From NCBI RefSeq assembly GCF_003334255.1, contig NZ_QOWU01000006.1: a stretch of DNA of 64,000 nucleotides; one strand, 5' to 3'. The translations under genes were made by a program, and so were the position numbers. This document shows, piece after piece, positions 35,800 to 47,079 of this stretch; the first letter of the stretch is position 1, and each line of letters opens with the position of its first letter. Source of the stretch: Escherichia coli. GTDB taxonomy: Bacteria; Pseudomonadota; Gammaproteobacteria; Enterobacterales; Enterobacteriaceae. The notes beneath the pieces were generated by a model. The model was given only the letters and a program-made list of their open reading frames with translations, had not been told where the DNA came from and ran no database searches.

Positions 35800-37230
35800 T
35801 TAATCTGTGCTTTGTTCTGCCAGTCTGGCGATTTGTTTTGCCATTCCGCGAAAAATAAACAGATGCGCGGGGATCATCAATAACCAGTAAAACAGCCCCG
35901 GCATACCGTGCGGATGCCAGAAAGCGCGGACATCGATAGTACGATAGTCGCCTTTATCTTCCAGGCTAAAACACAGTCGTCCCAGCCCCGGCGCTTTCAT
36001 GCCAAATAACAACGTAAGTTGTTTTTCCGGTTCAACGACAATCACTTTCCAGCTATCCACCGCATCGCCAGTCTGTAAATATTCGCGCTCCGGGCGGCCT
36101 TTCGCCAGCTTATGACCGATCGCGCGGTCCATCAACGCCCGTGTCTGCCACAAAATATTGCCAAAGAAATAACGCTCTTTACCGCCGATTTGGTTCACTA
36201 CCTGCCATAAAGCAGCAAGGCTGGCGGACGTTTTAACGGTAAACCCCGCCTGTTTGGCAAAATAACCGTACTCCGGTCGCCAGCGGGCAAAGGCCTGAGC
36301 GTCGTAGCCCCAGTCGCTGGAGTTGACCAGTTTTTCCTCCTCTTTCAACGTGCTACGTACCGCGTCATCGAAAGCGATCAGCCGTTGTGGGATGAGTGCA
36401 CGTAGCGCGGTATCATCCGCCAGCAGATCGTGTTTCAGCCCCTGAATCAACGCCCTGGCGGTGGTGGGCGGTACGGAAGTAATCACATTGAGAAACCACA
36501 CCGAAATCCAGCGGGTGGGGAGGGGGATGGGGATCAACCAGCGGCGCTTACCGCTCACCGCCATAAAATGTTCAAACTGTTGCTGATAACTGAGCACCTC
36601 TGGTCCGGCGGCTTCGAAGATGCGGTGTTCGCTGGCCGGATGATCTAACAACGCAACCAGATAGTGCAGCAAGTTTTCCAGCGCAATGGGCGTGGTGCGT
36701 GAACGAACCCAGCGCGGAGGCGTTAAGACTGGCAGGTTGTAGACCATATCGCGCATGACTTCGAACGCCGCGGAACCTGCGCCAACGATAATTCCGGCCC
36801 GCAGTTCGGTCACGGGTACATTCGCTTCACGCAGAATGTCCGCCGTAGCCTGACGAGCACGCAGATGATCCGACTGCTCATGTGGCGGGGCCTGCAACGA
36901 ACTAAGAAAGATTAATTGCTTAACTGGTACTTCACGTAGCGCATCGCGGACGTTGAGAGCCACCTGGCGCTCCTGAGCGATAAAATCGCCGCCTTCGCCC
37001 ATGCTGTGCACCAGAAAATAGACCGTATCGATATCCTGCAACAGGGCCGGTAGGTTATCCGGCCAGCTGAGATCGACTTTATGGCAACTGACGTTTGCCA
37101 GTTGCAGCTTTGCAAGCCTGTCGACATGACGTGCCGCCGCCAGGATCTGATGCCCTTGCTGGCTGAGTGTGCGCACCAGATGCTGACCAATGTAGCCACT
37201 GGCACCGAGAACTAAAATGCGTTGCGGCAC
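35800..37230 (-). CDS. ybjT: NAD(P)-binding Rossmann-fold protein YbjT
   Basis: ORF 35800..37305; start taken at GTG 37230 ([15 protein letters not shown]) giving 476 aa; exact start uncertain. Confidence 0.75.
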
Positions 37231-37240
37231 GTCTCTCTCC

Positions 37241-38242
37241 TTAACGCGCCAGGAATGCACGCCAGTGGGCGGCGACTTCCGCCAGTTGTTCGCGCGAGAC
37301 GTCAAGATGCGTCACCAGGCGGACAATCGGCGAGGCGTTAATCAGCACGTTTCTCGCTTTCATGTATTCGCCTAACGCGGCAGCATTTTCTTCCCCGACG
37401 CGAACAAACAGCATATTGGTGTCCTGACGCATCACATCCGCGCCTGCTTCACGCAGCTGCTCCGCCATCCAGGCAGCGTTGTCGTGGTCTTCCTGCAAGC
37501 GCGCAACGTTATTTTTCAGGGCATATATCCCGGCGGCAGCCAGAATGCCGGACTGGCGCATCCCGCCACCTGTCATTTTCCGCCAGCGAATGGCACGTTT
37601 AATGTAATCACGATTACCGACGAGTAATGAACCGACTGGCGTCCCAAGACCTTTCGACAGGCAAATGGTGAACGAATCACAATATTGCGTGATCTCTTTC
37701 AGTTCGCAGCCGTAAGCCACCACGGCATTAAAGATGCGCGCACCGTCAACATGCAGCGCCAGATTGCGCTCGCGGGTAAATTCCCATGCTTCTTTCAGGT
37801 ATTCCCGCGGCAACACTTTGCCGTTGTGGGTGTTTTCCAGACTGAGTAATTTGGTGCGGGCGAAATGGATATCGTCGGGTTTGATTTTCATCGCCACTTT
37901 ATCCAGCGGTAGCGTGCCGTCGGCAGCCGCGTCTATGGGTTGCGGTTGAATACTGCCCAGCACCGCCGCGCCACCGGCTTCAAACAGATAGTTATGCGCG
38001 GCCTGACCGACAATATACTCTTCGCCGCGTTCGCAGTGACTGAGCAGAGCGACCAGGTTGGCCTGAGTGCCGGTAGGCAGAAAAATGGCGGCTTCTTTAC
38101 CGGAAAGCTCTGCTGCGTAGTCCTGCAGAGCATTAACGGTAGGGTCGTCTCCGTAAACGTCGTCCCCAACCGGGGCGGCCATCATCGCTTCGAGCATGGC
38201 GCGGCTTGGTCGGGTAACGGTATCACTGCGTAAATCAATCAT
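37241..38242 (-). CDS. ltaE: Low-specificity L-threonine aldolase LtaE
   Basis: 333 aa ORF, PLP-dependent. Confidence 0.9.
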   Translation of the reverse strand: MIDLRSDTVTRPSRAMLEAMMAAPVGDDVYGDDPTVNALQDYAAELSGKEAAIFLPTGTQANLVALLSHCERGEEYIVGQAAHNYLFEAGGAAVLGSIQPQPIDAAADGTLPLDKVAMKIKPDDIHFARTKLLSLENTHNGKVLPREYLKEAWEFTRERNLALHVDGARIFNAVVAYGCELKEITQYCDSFTICLSKGLGTPVGSLLVGNRDYIKRAIRWRKMTGGGMRQSGILAAAGIYALKNNVARLQEDHDNAAWMAEQLREAGADVMRQDTNMLFVRVGEENAAALGEYMKARNVLINASPIVRLVTHLDVSREQLAEVAAHWRAFLAR

Positions 38243-38278
38243 GGCATGTCCTTATTATGACGGGAAATGCCACCCTTT

Positions 38279-39997
38279 TTACCTTAGCCAGTTTGTTTTC
38301 GCCAGTTCGATCACTTCATCACCGCGTCCGCTGATGATTGCGCGCAGCATATACAGGCTGAAACCTTTGGCCTGTTCGAGTTTGATCTGCGGTGGAATGG
38401 CTAACTCTTCTTTGGCGACCACCACATCCACCAACACCGGACCGTCGATGGAGAAGGCGCGTTGCAGGGCTTCATCAACTTCAGACGCTTTTTCTACACG
38501 GATACCCGTAATGCCGCACGCTTCGGCAATGCGGGCAAAGTTTGTGTCGTGTAGTTCGGTGCCGTCAGTCAAATAGCCACCAGCTTTCATCTCCATCGCC
38601 ACAAAGCCCAGCACGCTGTTGTTAAAGACGACAATTTTCACTGGCAGTTTCATCTGCACTACTGAGAGGAAATCGCCCATCAACATGCTAAAACCGCCAT
38701 CGCCGCACATGGCGACCACCTGACGTTCTGGCTCTGTCGCCTGCGCACCCAGCGCCTGCGGCATGGCGTTAGCCATCGAACCGTGGTTAAACGAACCTAA
38801 CAGGCGACGCTTGCCGTTCATTTTTAGATAACGTGCCGCCCACACCGTTGGCGTACCAACGTCACAGGTGAAAATAGCGTCATCGGCGGCAAAATGACTA
38901 ATTTGCTGCGCCAGATATTGCGGGTGAATGGCTTTCTCGCTCGGTTTAGCTAAATCGTCCAGCCCTTTGCGGGCGTCGCGGTAATCTTCCAGCGCTTTAT
39001 CCAGAAACTTGCGATCGGCTTTTTCTTCCACCAATGGAAGCAATGCACGCAGAGTCGACTTGATATCGCCGACCAGTGCCATATCCACCTTGCTGTGAGC
39101 GCCGATGCTGGCTGGGTTGATATCAATCTGAATGATTTTGGCATCGGTCGGGTAGAAGGCGCGGTAGGGAAATTGCGTGCCGAGTAGCACTAACGTGTCG
39201 GCGTTCATCATGGTATGGAAACCTGACGAGAAGCCGATTAACCCGGTCATTCCAACATCATACGGATTATCGTATTCGACATGTTCTTTACCGCGCAGGG
39301 CATGAACAATAGGCGCTTTAATTTTCCCGGCAAACTCAACTAACTCTTTATGCGCCCCCGCGCAGCCGCTGCCACACATCAGGGCGATATTGCTGGAATA
39401 ACGCAGCAGTTGCGCCAGTTTGCGTAACTCTTCTTCTTCCGGCGTCACGACTGGTTGTGGCGCATGATACCAGTGCATGGTTGCCCCTTCTGGCGCAGGT
39501 TTTAACGCCACGTCGCCTGGTAACACGACAACCGAAACGCCACGGTTAAGCACCGCTTTGCGCATGGCAATCGCCAGTACTTGTGGGATCTGCTCCGGGC
39601 TGGAAACCAGCTCGCAATAGTGACTACATTCGCGGAATAGCTCTTGTGGGTGGGTTTCCTGGAAATAGCCGCTGCCAATTTCGCTGGAGGGAATATGAGC
39701 GGCAATCGCCAGTACCGGAACGTGATTGCGGTGGCAATCGAACAGGCCGTTGATTAAGTGCAGGTTGCCGGGGCCGCACGATCCGGCGCAGACCGCCAGT
39801 TCTCCGCTAAGTTGTGCTTCAGCGCCAGCGGCAAAGGCCGCCACTTCTTCGTGGCGGGTGGACATCCACTCGATGGTGCCCATGCGATTAAGACTGTCAC
39901 TAAGACCGTTCAGAGAGTCGCCTGTGACTCCCCAGATGCGTTTCACCCCTGCCGATTCGAGTGTTTTGGCGATATAAGCTGCAACCGTTTGTTTCAT
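38279..39997 (-). CDS. poxB: Pyruvate oxidase PoxB (ThDP/FAD, ubiquinone-dependent)
   Basis: 572 aa ORF. Confidence 0.9.
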
Positions 39998-40129
39998 GGT
40001 TCTCCATCTCCTGAATGTGATAACGGTAACAAGTTTAGTTCATCTGACGGAGGGGGAAGGGATGGGAGAGAAAGGAGGCACTAACGGTTAAATAGCCCGA
40101 TGAAAGGAATATCATCGGGCATAAGGCGA

Positions 40130-41098
40130 TTATGCGAGAACCAAATCCCCCTGCGGATGGCAGGAGCAGGCCAGTACGTAACCTTCAGCGATTTCGGCGT
40201 CGGTCAGCGTCATTGTGCTGCTCACCGTATATTCACCGGAAACCACTTTTGTCTTACAGCAGCCGCAAACACCCGCACGGCAGGCAGCGACAACCGGAAC
40301 GTTATTGCTTTCCAGCGCCTCCAGTAGCGTGGTGCCAACCGGGGCGTAAAATTCTCGTGCCGGTTGCAGTTTGGTGAATTTCAGACCGCTGGTCGCCGCT
40401 TCTGCTACTGGGGTGAAGAATTTCTCTTTAAAGAAACGCGTCACGCCGAGCGCTTTCACTTCCTGCTCTACCCAATCCATATACGGAGCCGGGCCGCAGG
40501 TCATCACGGTACGTGAAGCTAAGTCAGGTACACCTGCCAGCAGTTCGCGAGTGAGACGACCAGCGATAAAGCCTTCGGTAACGTTATTTTCTGCCACCAG
40601 CGTTACCGGATAGTTACGCCACTCATCGGCGAAAATAACATCCTGCGGCGTACGCACGTTGTAGATCACCCGCACATCGGCCTGTGGACGGTTCTTCGCA
40701 AGCCAGCGACGCATCGACATAATCGGCGTGACGCCGCAGCCTGCCGCCAGCAACAGGAATTTATCTTCTGCTTTATCGTCGCAGGTAAATTCCCCCATCG
40801 CGTCCGAAAGCCAGAGATAATCACCGCGTTTTACATCGCGCGTCAGCCACTGGGAGCCGACACCGTCATCAATCCGCCGCACGGTCAGGGTGATATATTC
40901 ACTCACGCCTGGCGTGGAGGAAATGGTGTAAGCACGCAGCGTTTCCGCTGAGTTTCGCACGCTGACCAGTGCATATTGCCCGGCGCGATATGGGTAGTAA
41001 TCGTGGCAAATCAGGGAAATCGTCCACACATCCGGCGTTTCTTGCGTAATGTGATGAACCTGCATCCGCCACGGGCATTGATTCGTTGGCATCGTCAT
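40130..41098 (-). CDS. hcr: NADH oxidoreductase Hcr (hybrid-cluster protein reductase)
   Basis: ORF 40130..41104; ATG at 41098 gives 322 aa; C-terminal 2Fe-2S ferredoxin Cys motif. Confidence 0.9.
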   Translation of the reverse strand: MTMPTNQCPWRMQVHHITQETPDVWTISLICHDYYPYRAGQYALVSVRNSAETLRAYTISSTPGVSEYITLTVRRIDDGVGSQWLTRDVKRGDYLWLSDAMGEFTCDDKAEDKFLLLAAGCGVTPIMSMRRWLAKNRPQADVRVIYNVRTPQDVIFADEWRNYPVTLVAENNVTEGFIAGRLTRELLAGVPDLASRTVMTCGPAPYMDWVEQEVKALGVTRFFKEKFFTPVAEAATSGLKFTKLQPAREFYAPVGTTLLEALESNNVPVVAACRAGVCGCCKTKVVSGEYTVSSTMTLTDAEIAEGYVLACSCHPQGDLVLA

Positions 41099-41109
41099 CG
41101 ACAAACTCC

Positions 41110-42762
41110 TTACGCGCTCAACAGTTGCTTCATGTCTTCTTCAACAGTGGTGATAGAACGCAGGCCGAATTTCTCGTTCAGCACCGCCAGCAGGTCTGGT
41201 GTCAGGAAACCAGGTGCAGTCGGGCCGGTGACGATATTTTTCACGCCCAGAGAAAGCAGCGTCAGCAGAATGACGATCGCTTTCTGTTCAAACCAGGAGA
41301 GCACCAGCGACAGCGGCAGATCGTTGACACCGCAGCCCAGTTTCTCTGCCAGAGTGACAGCCAGAATAATCGCTGAGTAAGCATCGTTACATTGACCTGC
41401 ATCTACCAGACGCGGCAGACCTTCGATATCGCCAAACTCAAGTTTGTTAAAGCGATATTTACCACAGGCGAGGGTCAGGATCAGGCAGTCATCCGGCACG
41501 CTGGTGGCGAAATCGGTGAAGTAGTGGCGCTCGCCGCGTGCGCCGTCACAGCCACCAAGCAGGAAGATATGACGCAGTTTTTCACGGCTCACCAGATCAA
41601 TCAGCGTATCAGCAGCGCCAAGCAGCGTCTGGCGACCAAAACCCACGGTGATAAGGTGCGGAATTTCGCTGTACGGGAAGCCTGCCATCTGTTGCGCCTG
41701 GGTGATAACCGCAGAGAAATCATCACCGTCCAGATGACGCACGCCAGGCCAGCCAACAATGCTGCGGGTCCAGATACGATCGTCATAAGCGCCTACGGTT
41801 GGGTCGATGATGCAGTTCGAGGTCATCACGATGGGGCCAGGGAAACGAGCGAACTCCACTTGCTGATTCTGCCAGCCGCTGCCGTAGTTACCGACCAGAT
41901 GCTTGAATTTACGCAGCTCCGGGTAGCCATGCGCAGGCAGCATTTCGCCGTGGGTGTAGACATTAACGCCCGTGCCTTCGGTCTGTTCCAGCAGGTTGTA
42001 GAGATCTTTGAGATCGTGACCGGAAATCAGAATGCATTTACCCGCCGTCGCTTTGACGTTGACCTGGGTTGGCGTCGGGTGACCGTATTTACCGGTTTCG
42101 CCTGCATCCAGAATGCTCATCACTTTGAAGTTCATCTGGCCGATTTCCATTGAACACTCAAGAAGCGCGTTCATATCGGCAGGCCAGGTCCCCAGCCACG
42201 CCATGATTTTATGGTACTGGGCATAAATATCGTTGTCGTATTGACCGAGAACATGCGCGTGTTCCATATAGGCCGCCGCACCTTTCAGGCCATACAGGCA
42301 CAGCAGACGCAGGCCGAGAATGTTTTCGCCAATCGCCGCTTTATCTTTGTTAGGGGTAAATTCTGCTGCCTGACGTTGCAGCTCGCCGAGATCGTCGCTC
42401 ACCAGTTGCAGGTCAGCCATCGGGTTATCGACGCGCGCGTTGGCATCTACAGCCAGGCATTGCGCTTTCAGCGCCTCGCGCAGGGCAATCGCTTCACGAG
42501 CGTAGCCGACAATACGCGGAGAATCGAAGTTAACGTTGGTCAGGGTTGAGAAAAAGGCACGTGGCGCGAAGCTGTCAACATCGTGGTTGATGATGCCGTA
42601 TTCACGCGCTTTTACCGCCCAGGCAGAAAGCCCTTGCAGCGCCGCGATGAGTAAATCCTGAAGGTCAGAAGTTTCCGCCGTTTTACCACACATCCCCTGC
42701 GCGTATGAGCAGCCGTTTCCTGCCGGAGTACGGATAGTTTGTTCACATTGCACACAAAACAT
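41110..42762 (-). CDS. hcp: Hybrid-cluster protein Hcp (hydroxylamine reductase / NO-stress)
   Basis: ORF 41110..42768; ATG at 42762 (MFCVQCEQT) gives 550 aa; N-terminal Cys cluster. Confidence 0.9.
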
Positions 42763-42774
42763 GATCACACCTTT

Positions 42775-42800
42775 TAAAGTTATATTTAATATACATGTTT
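42775..42800 (-). promoter_or_regulatory. Candidate NsrR-type AT-rich palindromic operator in hcp promoter
   Basis: aaagTTATATTTAATATACATGttt near-palindrome within 40 bp of hcp start; hcp is a known NsrR target (recall). Confidence 0.35.
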
Positions 42801-42858
42801 AAGGTTAAGACGCTTAACGCGGGGATAAAAGGGATTTTTCATGCAACTTTAAGGGAGA

Positions 42859-42872
42859 TTGATTTAGCGCAA
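42859..42872 (-). promoter_or_regulatory. Candidate FNR-like site upstream of hcp
   Basis: Minus strand TTGCGctaaATCAA resembles TTGAT-N4-ATCAA, about 100 bp upstream of hcp start. Confidence 0.35.
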
Positions 42873-42905
42873 TTTTGGCGGCAGGGATCTACCGCCAGAG
42901 AGGTA

Positions 42906-43805
42906 TTACGCAGAGAAAAAGGCGATGAGGATCGGCACTAACAGGCTAAGAATAAAACCGTGAACAATTGCCGCCGGGACCATATCCAGCCCGCCAGTAC
43001 GTTGAAGAACGGGCAGGGTGAAATCCATTGATGTGGCACCGCATAAGCCCAGTGCAGTAGAGCGGCTGCGGCGAATCAGCCCAGGGATCAACATAATAGC
43101 AATCAGTTCACGGGCCAGATCATTAAAAAACGCCGCGCTCCCGATTACCGGACCAAAAGATTCGGTCAATAAAATACCGGAAAGAGAATACCAGCCGAAA
43201 CCGGAGGCCATTGCCAGCGCGGTATTGATGGGGAGATCAAGAATAAAGGCGTTAATTAAACCACCAATTAATGAACTGACAACCACCACCACGGCGACAA
43301 TCATTCCCCGGCGATTAAGGACAATCTGCTTTAAGGTCATGCCATTATTGCGCAACTGAATACCAACGAGGAAAAGTAGCAAAATTAACGTGTATTCACT
43401 GGCTTCGGTCGCGTGTTGTAAGAAAGCCAGTCCACTTAGACCAATGGCAAAACCAATCACTACTACGCCGCACAGTTTTAGCGACTCCAGCGCCATCGCA
43501 ATACGCGACGGGAGTTTTTCTTGCTGATGGTGGTTGCGCCACGGCAGGCCTCGCTCCAGCCACATCAGGGCGGCAATATTACACAGTAAAATAACGGTAA
43601 TACTGACGGCAGAATAATGCAGAATCGCCAACAGGTTACTGGCGAGGTTATCGAGAAACGCCAGACTGATACCCATAAAAAAGAGAATAAGGTAAACCAT
43701 CCAGCTTAATAGCTGATTAATAACTTTTAACGCAGCTTGTTGGCGAAGCGGAATGAGGTAACCCACAATCAGGGGAACCAGAATGATTAACAGCCCAGAA
43801 AACAT
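42906..43805 (-). CDS. lysO: Lysine exporter LysO (YbjE)
   Basis: ORF 42906..43853; ATG at 43805 (MFSGLLIILVPLIVGYL) gives 299 aa; polytopic. Confidence 0.85.
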   Translation of the reverse strand: MFSGLLIILVPLIVGYLIPLRQQAALKVINQLLSWMVYLILFFMGISLAFLDNLASNLLAILHYSAVSITVILLCNIAALMWLERGLPWRNHHQQEKLPSRIAMALESLKLCGVVVIGFAIGLSGLAFLQHATEASEYTLILLLFLVGIQLRNNGMTLKQIVLNRRGMIVAVVVVVSSLIGGLINAFILDLPINTALAMASGFGWYSLSGILLTESFGPVIGSAAFFNDLARELIAIMLIPGLIRRSRSTALGLCGATSMDFTLPVLQRTGGLDMVPAAIVHGFILSLLVPILIAFFSA

Positions 43806-43979
43806 GAAAACCCAGTCCTTGCAAAGATGAAGTCGAAATGCGCGATGACACACTACTGAAAGCGGAAGGACGAGTAAAGTTGCAATTAAAAGGAAATGTT
43901 ATGCATAAGGAGCAGTAGAGTATTCGTTTTCATTTAAAGATATTCTTGCGCTTTAATTACAAACTGCACCGATGTTGGT

Positions 43980-44200
43980 GGCGTCAAAATCGCCGAGGCG
44001 TTCCCTGAAGGCCGGGGCAGCCCACATGGATGTGGGCTGAGGGCGCGTTTTACAGGGATGTTACCTCGCGCCCGACCCGGTAGCCGTAAGGGATAAGCCG
44101 AGGGCACCGCGCAGCGGCGATTTTGTTCGCCAGAGCCCGGGGGTGCAGGGGGCGGCGGCGATTGGCCGCCCCCTGCGCGCTCCTTGCGCCAGTGGCAATA
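43980..44200. other. GC-rich, stop-rich structured intergenic element upstream of lysO
   Basis: No ORF of 60 aa or more in any frame; 12-bp perfect GC stem 44145-44156/44165-44176; 9-bp stem 44018-44026/44031-44039; long-range inverted repeat 43980-43995 vs 44115-44131. Confidence 0.5.
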
Positions 44201-44260
44201 TGTTGCTTAGCTCATGAAAGGAGCGCAACAAGATGATGAATCAACATATAACAACATCTT

Positions 44261-44289
44261 AAAAAAAGGCCTGACATTACGCCAGGCCT
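44261..44289 (-). terminator. Intrinsic terminator of aqpZ
   Basis: Minus strand hairpin AGGCCTG-gcgtaatgt-CAGGCCT followed by TTTTTTT. Confidence 0.75.
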
Positions 44290-44299
44290 TCTGCGTTAA

Positions 44300-44995
44300 T
44301 TAATCACGCTTTTCCAGCAGGGTCCGGTAAATCAGACCACCGATAATGCCGCCGACAATTGGCACCACCCAGAAGAACCACAGTTGTTCTAATGCCCAGC
44401 CGCCCTGGAAGATAGCAACCGCGGTGCTGCGCGCCGGGTTAACAGAAGTGTTAGTCACCGGAATACTAATTAAGTGAATCAGGGTTAAGGCCAGACCAAT
44501 AGCGATCGGCGCAAAACCTGCCGGCGCGAATTTGTCGGTTGCGCCGTGGATCACCAACAGGAAACCTGCACTCAATACCAGTTCAACTACCAGCGCGGAA
44601 AGCATGGAATAACCGCCTGGTGAATGCTCGCCATAACCGTTAGAAGCAAAACCGCTGGCTGCCGCGTCAAAACCCGTTTTACCACTGGCAATTAAATACA
44701 GCAGCGCCGCTGCAACAATACCGCCGACAACCTGGGCAATTACGTAGCCAACGACTTCTTTTGCCGGAAAACGTCCGCCAGCCCATAAACCAATAGTGAC
44801 CGCCGGGTTAAAATGACCACCAGAAATATGACCAACAGCAAAGGCCATCGTCAGAACGGTCAGACCGAACGCCAACGCCACGCCGGCAAAACCAATGCCT
44901 AATTCCGGGAAGCCTGCGGCCAGTACAGCACTACCACAGCCACCAAAAACAAGCCAGAAAGTACCAAAACATTCAGCTGCTAATTTTCTGAACAT
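44300..44995 (-). CDS. aqpZ: Aquaporin Z
   Basis: ORF 44300..45001; ATG at 44995 gives 231 aa; two NPA motifs. Confidence 0.9.
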   Translation of the reverse strand: MFRKLAAECFGTFWLVFGGCGSAVLAAGFPELGIGFAGVALAFGLTVLTMAFAVGHISGGHFNPAVTIGLWAGGRFPAKEVVGYVIAQVVGGIVAAALLYLIASGKTGFDAAASGFASNGYGEHSPGGYSMLSALVVELVLSAGFLLVIHGATDKFAPAGFAPIAIGLALTLIHLISIPVTNTSVNPARSTAVAIFQGGWALEQLWFFWVVPIVGGIIGGLIYRTLLEKRD

Positions 44996-45420
44996 ATCCA
45001 CCTCAATTAAAAATTGACCCTGTGAAAAATATGGTCGTTTTATAGGGTCGTCGTAAAAAAGTGACGACGGAAATAATGCGCGGCTATTTTAAAAACGAAG
45101 GCGAGTCATTCACCAGATAAATAAATCCAGTAAATTTGATTTAGGGCAACAGCGGGTTGCCCCATATAGTCATTTGTCTGATTGACAGTGTAGTGCACGC
45201 AAAAGATTTAATCCTTTAGGCGTAATAAAAAATAATTTATCATGCTAATTATTTGATTTTGTTGTTTTTGCAGACTTATCAGCAAGAGGGAGTATAACGC
45301 GATTATTCGCTCATTTTTCAGACATTTGCCATGCTTAAATGTGATGTCATCACGTATTAGCAAGGCCTTTCCCGTTATACTGCCAGCGTAAAGGATAAGT
45401 CACATATTTCTGGAGGGGAT

Positions 45421-47079
45421 ATGATTCTTGAGCGCGTTGAAATTGTGGGTTTTCGCGGTATCAACCGTTTGTCGTTGATGCTGGAACAAAACAACGTCCT
45501 GATTGGGGAGAACGCGTGGGGTAAATCCAGCTTGCTGGACGCCTTAACTCTGCTGCTATCGCCAGAATCAGATCTCTACCATTTTGAGCGCGACGATTTC
45601 TGGTTCCCGCCGGGAGATATCAACGGGCGAGAACATCATCTGCATATTATTTTGACCTTCCGCGAATCGCTGCCAGGCCGACATCGGGTTCGCCGTTATC
45701 GGCCGCTGGAAGCGTGCTGGACGCCATGCACCGATGGCTATCACCGTATTTTTTATCGTCTGGAAGGGGAGAGTGCGGAAGACGGCAGCGTGATGACACT
45801 GCGCAGTTTTCTCGATAAAGACGGACATCCGATTGATGTCGAGGATATTAACGATCAGGCACGCCATCTGGTGCGTTTAATGCCGGCGCTGCGCTTGCGT
45901 GATGCCCGTTTTATGCGCCGTATTCGTAACGGCACGGTGCCAAATGTCCCTAATGTGGAAGTCACCGCGCGCCAGCTCGATTTCCTCGCCCGTGAGTTAT
46001 CCTCACATCCGCAAAATCTCTCTGATGGGCAGATTCGTCAGGGACTTTCCGCAATGGTACAGCTGCTTGAGCATTATTTCTCTGAGCAGGGGGCCGGACA
46101 GGCGCGATATCGTTTAATGCGGCGGCGAGCCAGCAATGAGCAACGAAGCTGGCGCTATCTGGATATCATCAACCGGATGATTGACCGACCTGGTGGGCGC
46201 TCGTATCGGGTTATTTTGCTCGGCCTATTTGCTACTTTGTTGCAGGCAAAAGGCACATTGCGACTGGATAAAGACGCCCGTCCATTGTTGCTGATCGAAG
46301 ATCCAGAAACCCGTTTACACCCCATTATGCTTTCAGTTGCCTGGCATCTGTTGAATCTTCTGCCATTGCAGCGCATTGCCACCACCAACTCGGGTGAGTT
46401 GCTTTCGTTAACGCCGGTAGAGCATGTTTGCCGACTGGTACGTGAGTCCTCGCGCGTTGCCGCCTGGCGTCTGGGGCCGAGTGGCTTGAGTACCGAAGAT
46501 AGCCGACGCATATCCTTTCACATTCGTTTTAACCGTCCGTCATCGCTGTTTGCACGCTGCTGGTTGCTGGTGGAAGGGGAAACGGAAACCTGGGTTATCA
46601 ATGAACTGGCGCGTCAGTGCGGACATCATTTTGATGCCGAAGGGATCAAGGTCATTGAGTTTGCCCAGTCCGGGCTAAAGCCACTGGTTAAATTTGCCCG
46701 CCGAATGGGGATTGAATGGCATGTACTGGTCGATGGCGATGAAGCAGGGAAGAAATATGCCGCTACGGTACGCAGCCTGTTGAATAACGATCGGGAAGCC
46801 GAACGAGAACATTTAACGGCGTTACCGGCGCTGGATATGGAACATTTTATGTATCGCCAGGGATTTTCCGATGTGTTCCACCGCATGGCGCAAATCCCGG
46901 AAAATGTACCGATGAATCTACGCAAAATTATCTCGAAAGCGATCCATCGCTCTTCCAAACCCGATCTTGCCATTGAAGTGGCAATGGAGGCAGGACGTCG
47001 TGGTGTGGACTCCGTACCGACGCTGCTGAAAAAAATGTTCTCACGCGTGCTGTGGCTGGCGCGCGGTCGCGCGGATTAA
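45421..47079 (+). CDS. ybjD: YbjD, OLD-family protein: N-terminal ABC-type ATPase plus C-terminal Toprim nuclease domain
   Basis: 552 aa ORF; Walker A GENAWGKSS (nt about 45505-45531), Walker B LLLIEDPE, Toprim Glu motif LLVEGETE (about 46567-46590) and DxD motif VLVDGDEAG (about 46726-46750). Confidence 0.85.
   Translation: MILERVEIVGFRGINRLSLMLEQNNVLIGENAWGKSSLLDALTLLLSPESDLYHFERDDFWFPPGDINGREHHLHIILTFRESLPGRHRVRRYRPLEACWTPCTDGYHRIFYRLEGESAEDGSVMTLRSFLDKDGHPIDVEDINDQARHLVRLMPALRLRDARFMRRIRNGTVPNVPNVEVTARQLDFLARELSSHPQNLSDGQIRQGLSAMVQLLEHYFSEQGAGQARYRLMRRRASNEQRSWRYLDIINRMIDRPGGRSYRVILLGLFATLLQAKGTLRLDKDARPLLLIEDPETRLHPIMLSVAWHLLNLLPLQRIATTNSGELLSLTPVEHVCRLVRESSRVAAWRLGPSGLSTEDSRRISFHIRFNRPSSLFARCWLLVEGETETWVINELARQCGHHFDAEGIKVIEFAQSGLKPLVKFARRMGIEWHVLVDGDEAGKKYAATVRSLLNNDREAEREHLTALPALDMEHFMYRQGFSDVFHRMAQIPENVPMNLRKIISKAIHRSSKPDLAIEVAMEAGRRGVDSVPTLLKKMFSRVLWLARGRAD

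Noticed and set aside
43980-44200. Possibility that the GC-rich lysO-upstream element is a lysine (L-box) riboswitch
   Set aside because: I could not find the conserved L-box core motifs by eye; kept only as a generic structured element pending a covariance-model scan
44233-44262. 9-codon mini-ORF (MMNQHITTS) on the plus strand with a good AAAGGAG Shine-Dalgarno 9 nt upstream
   Set aside because: Too short to support; it is antisense to the lysO leader direction and directly abuts the aqpZ terminator; no promoter evident; may be chance
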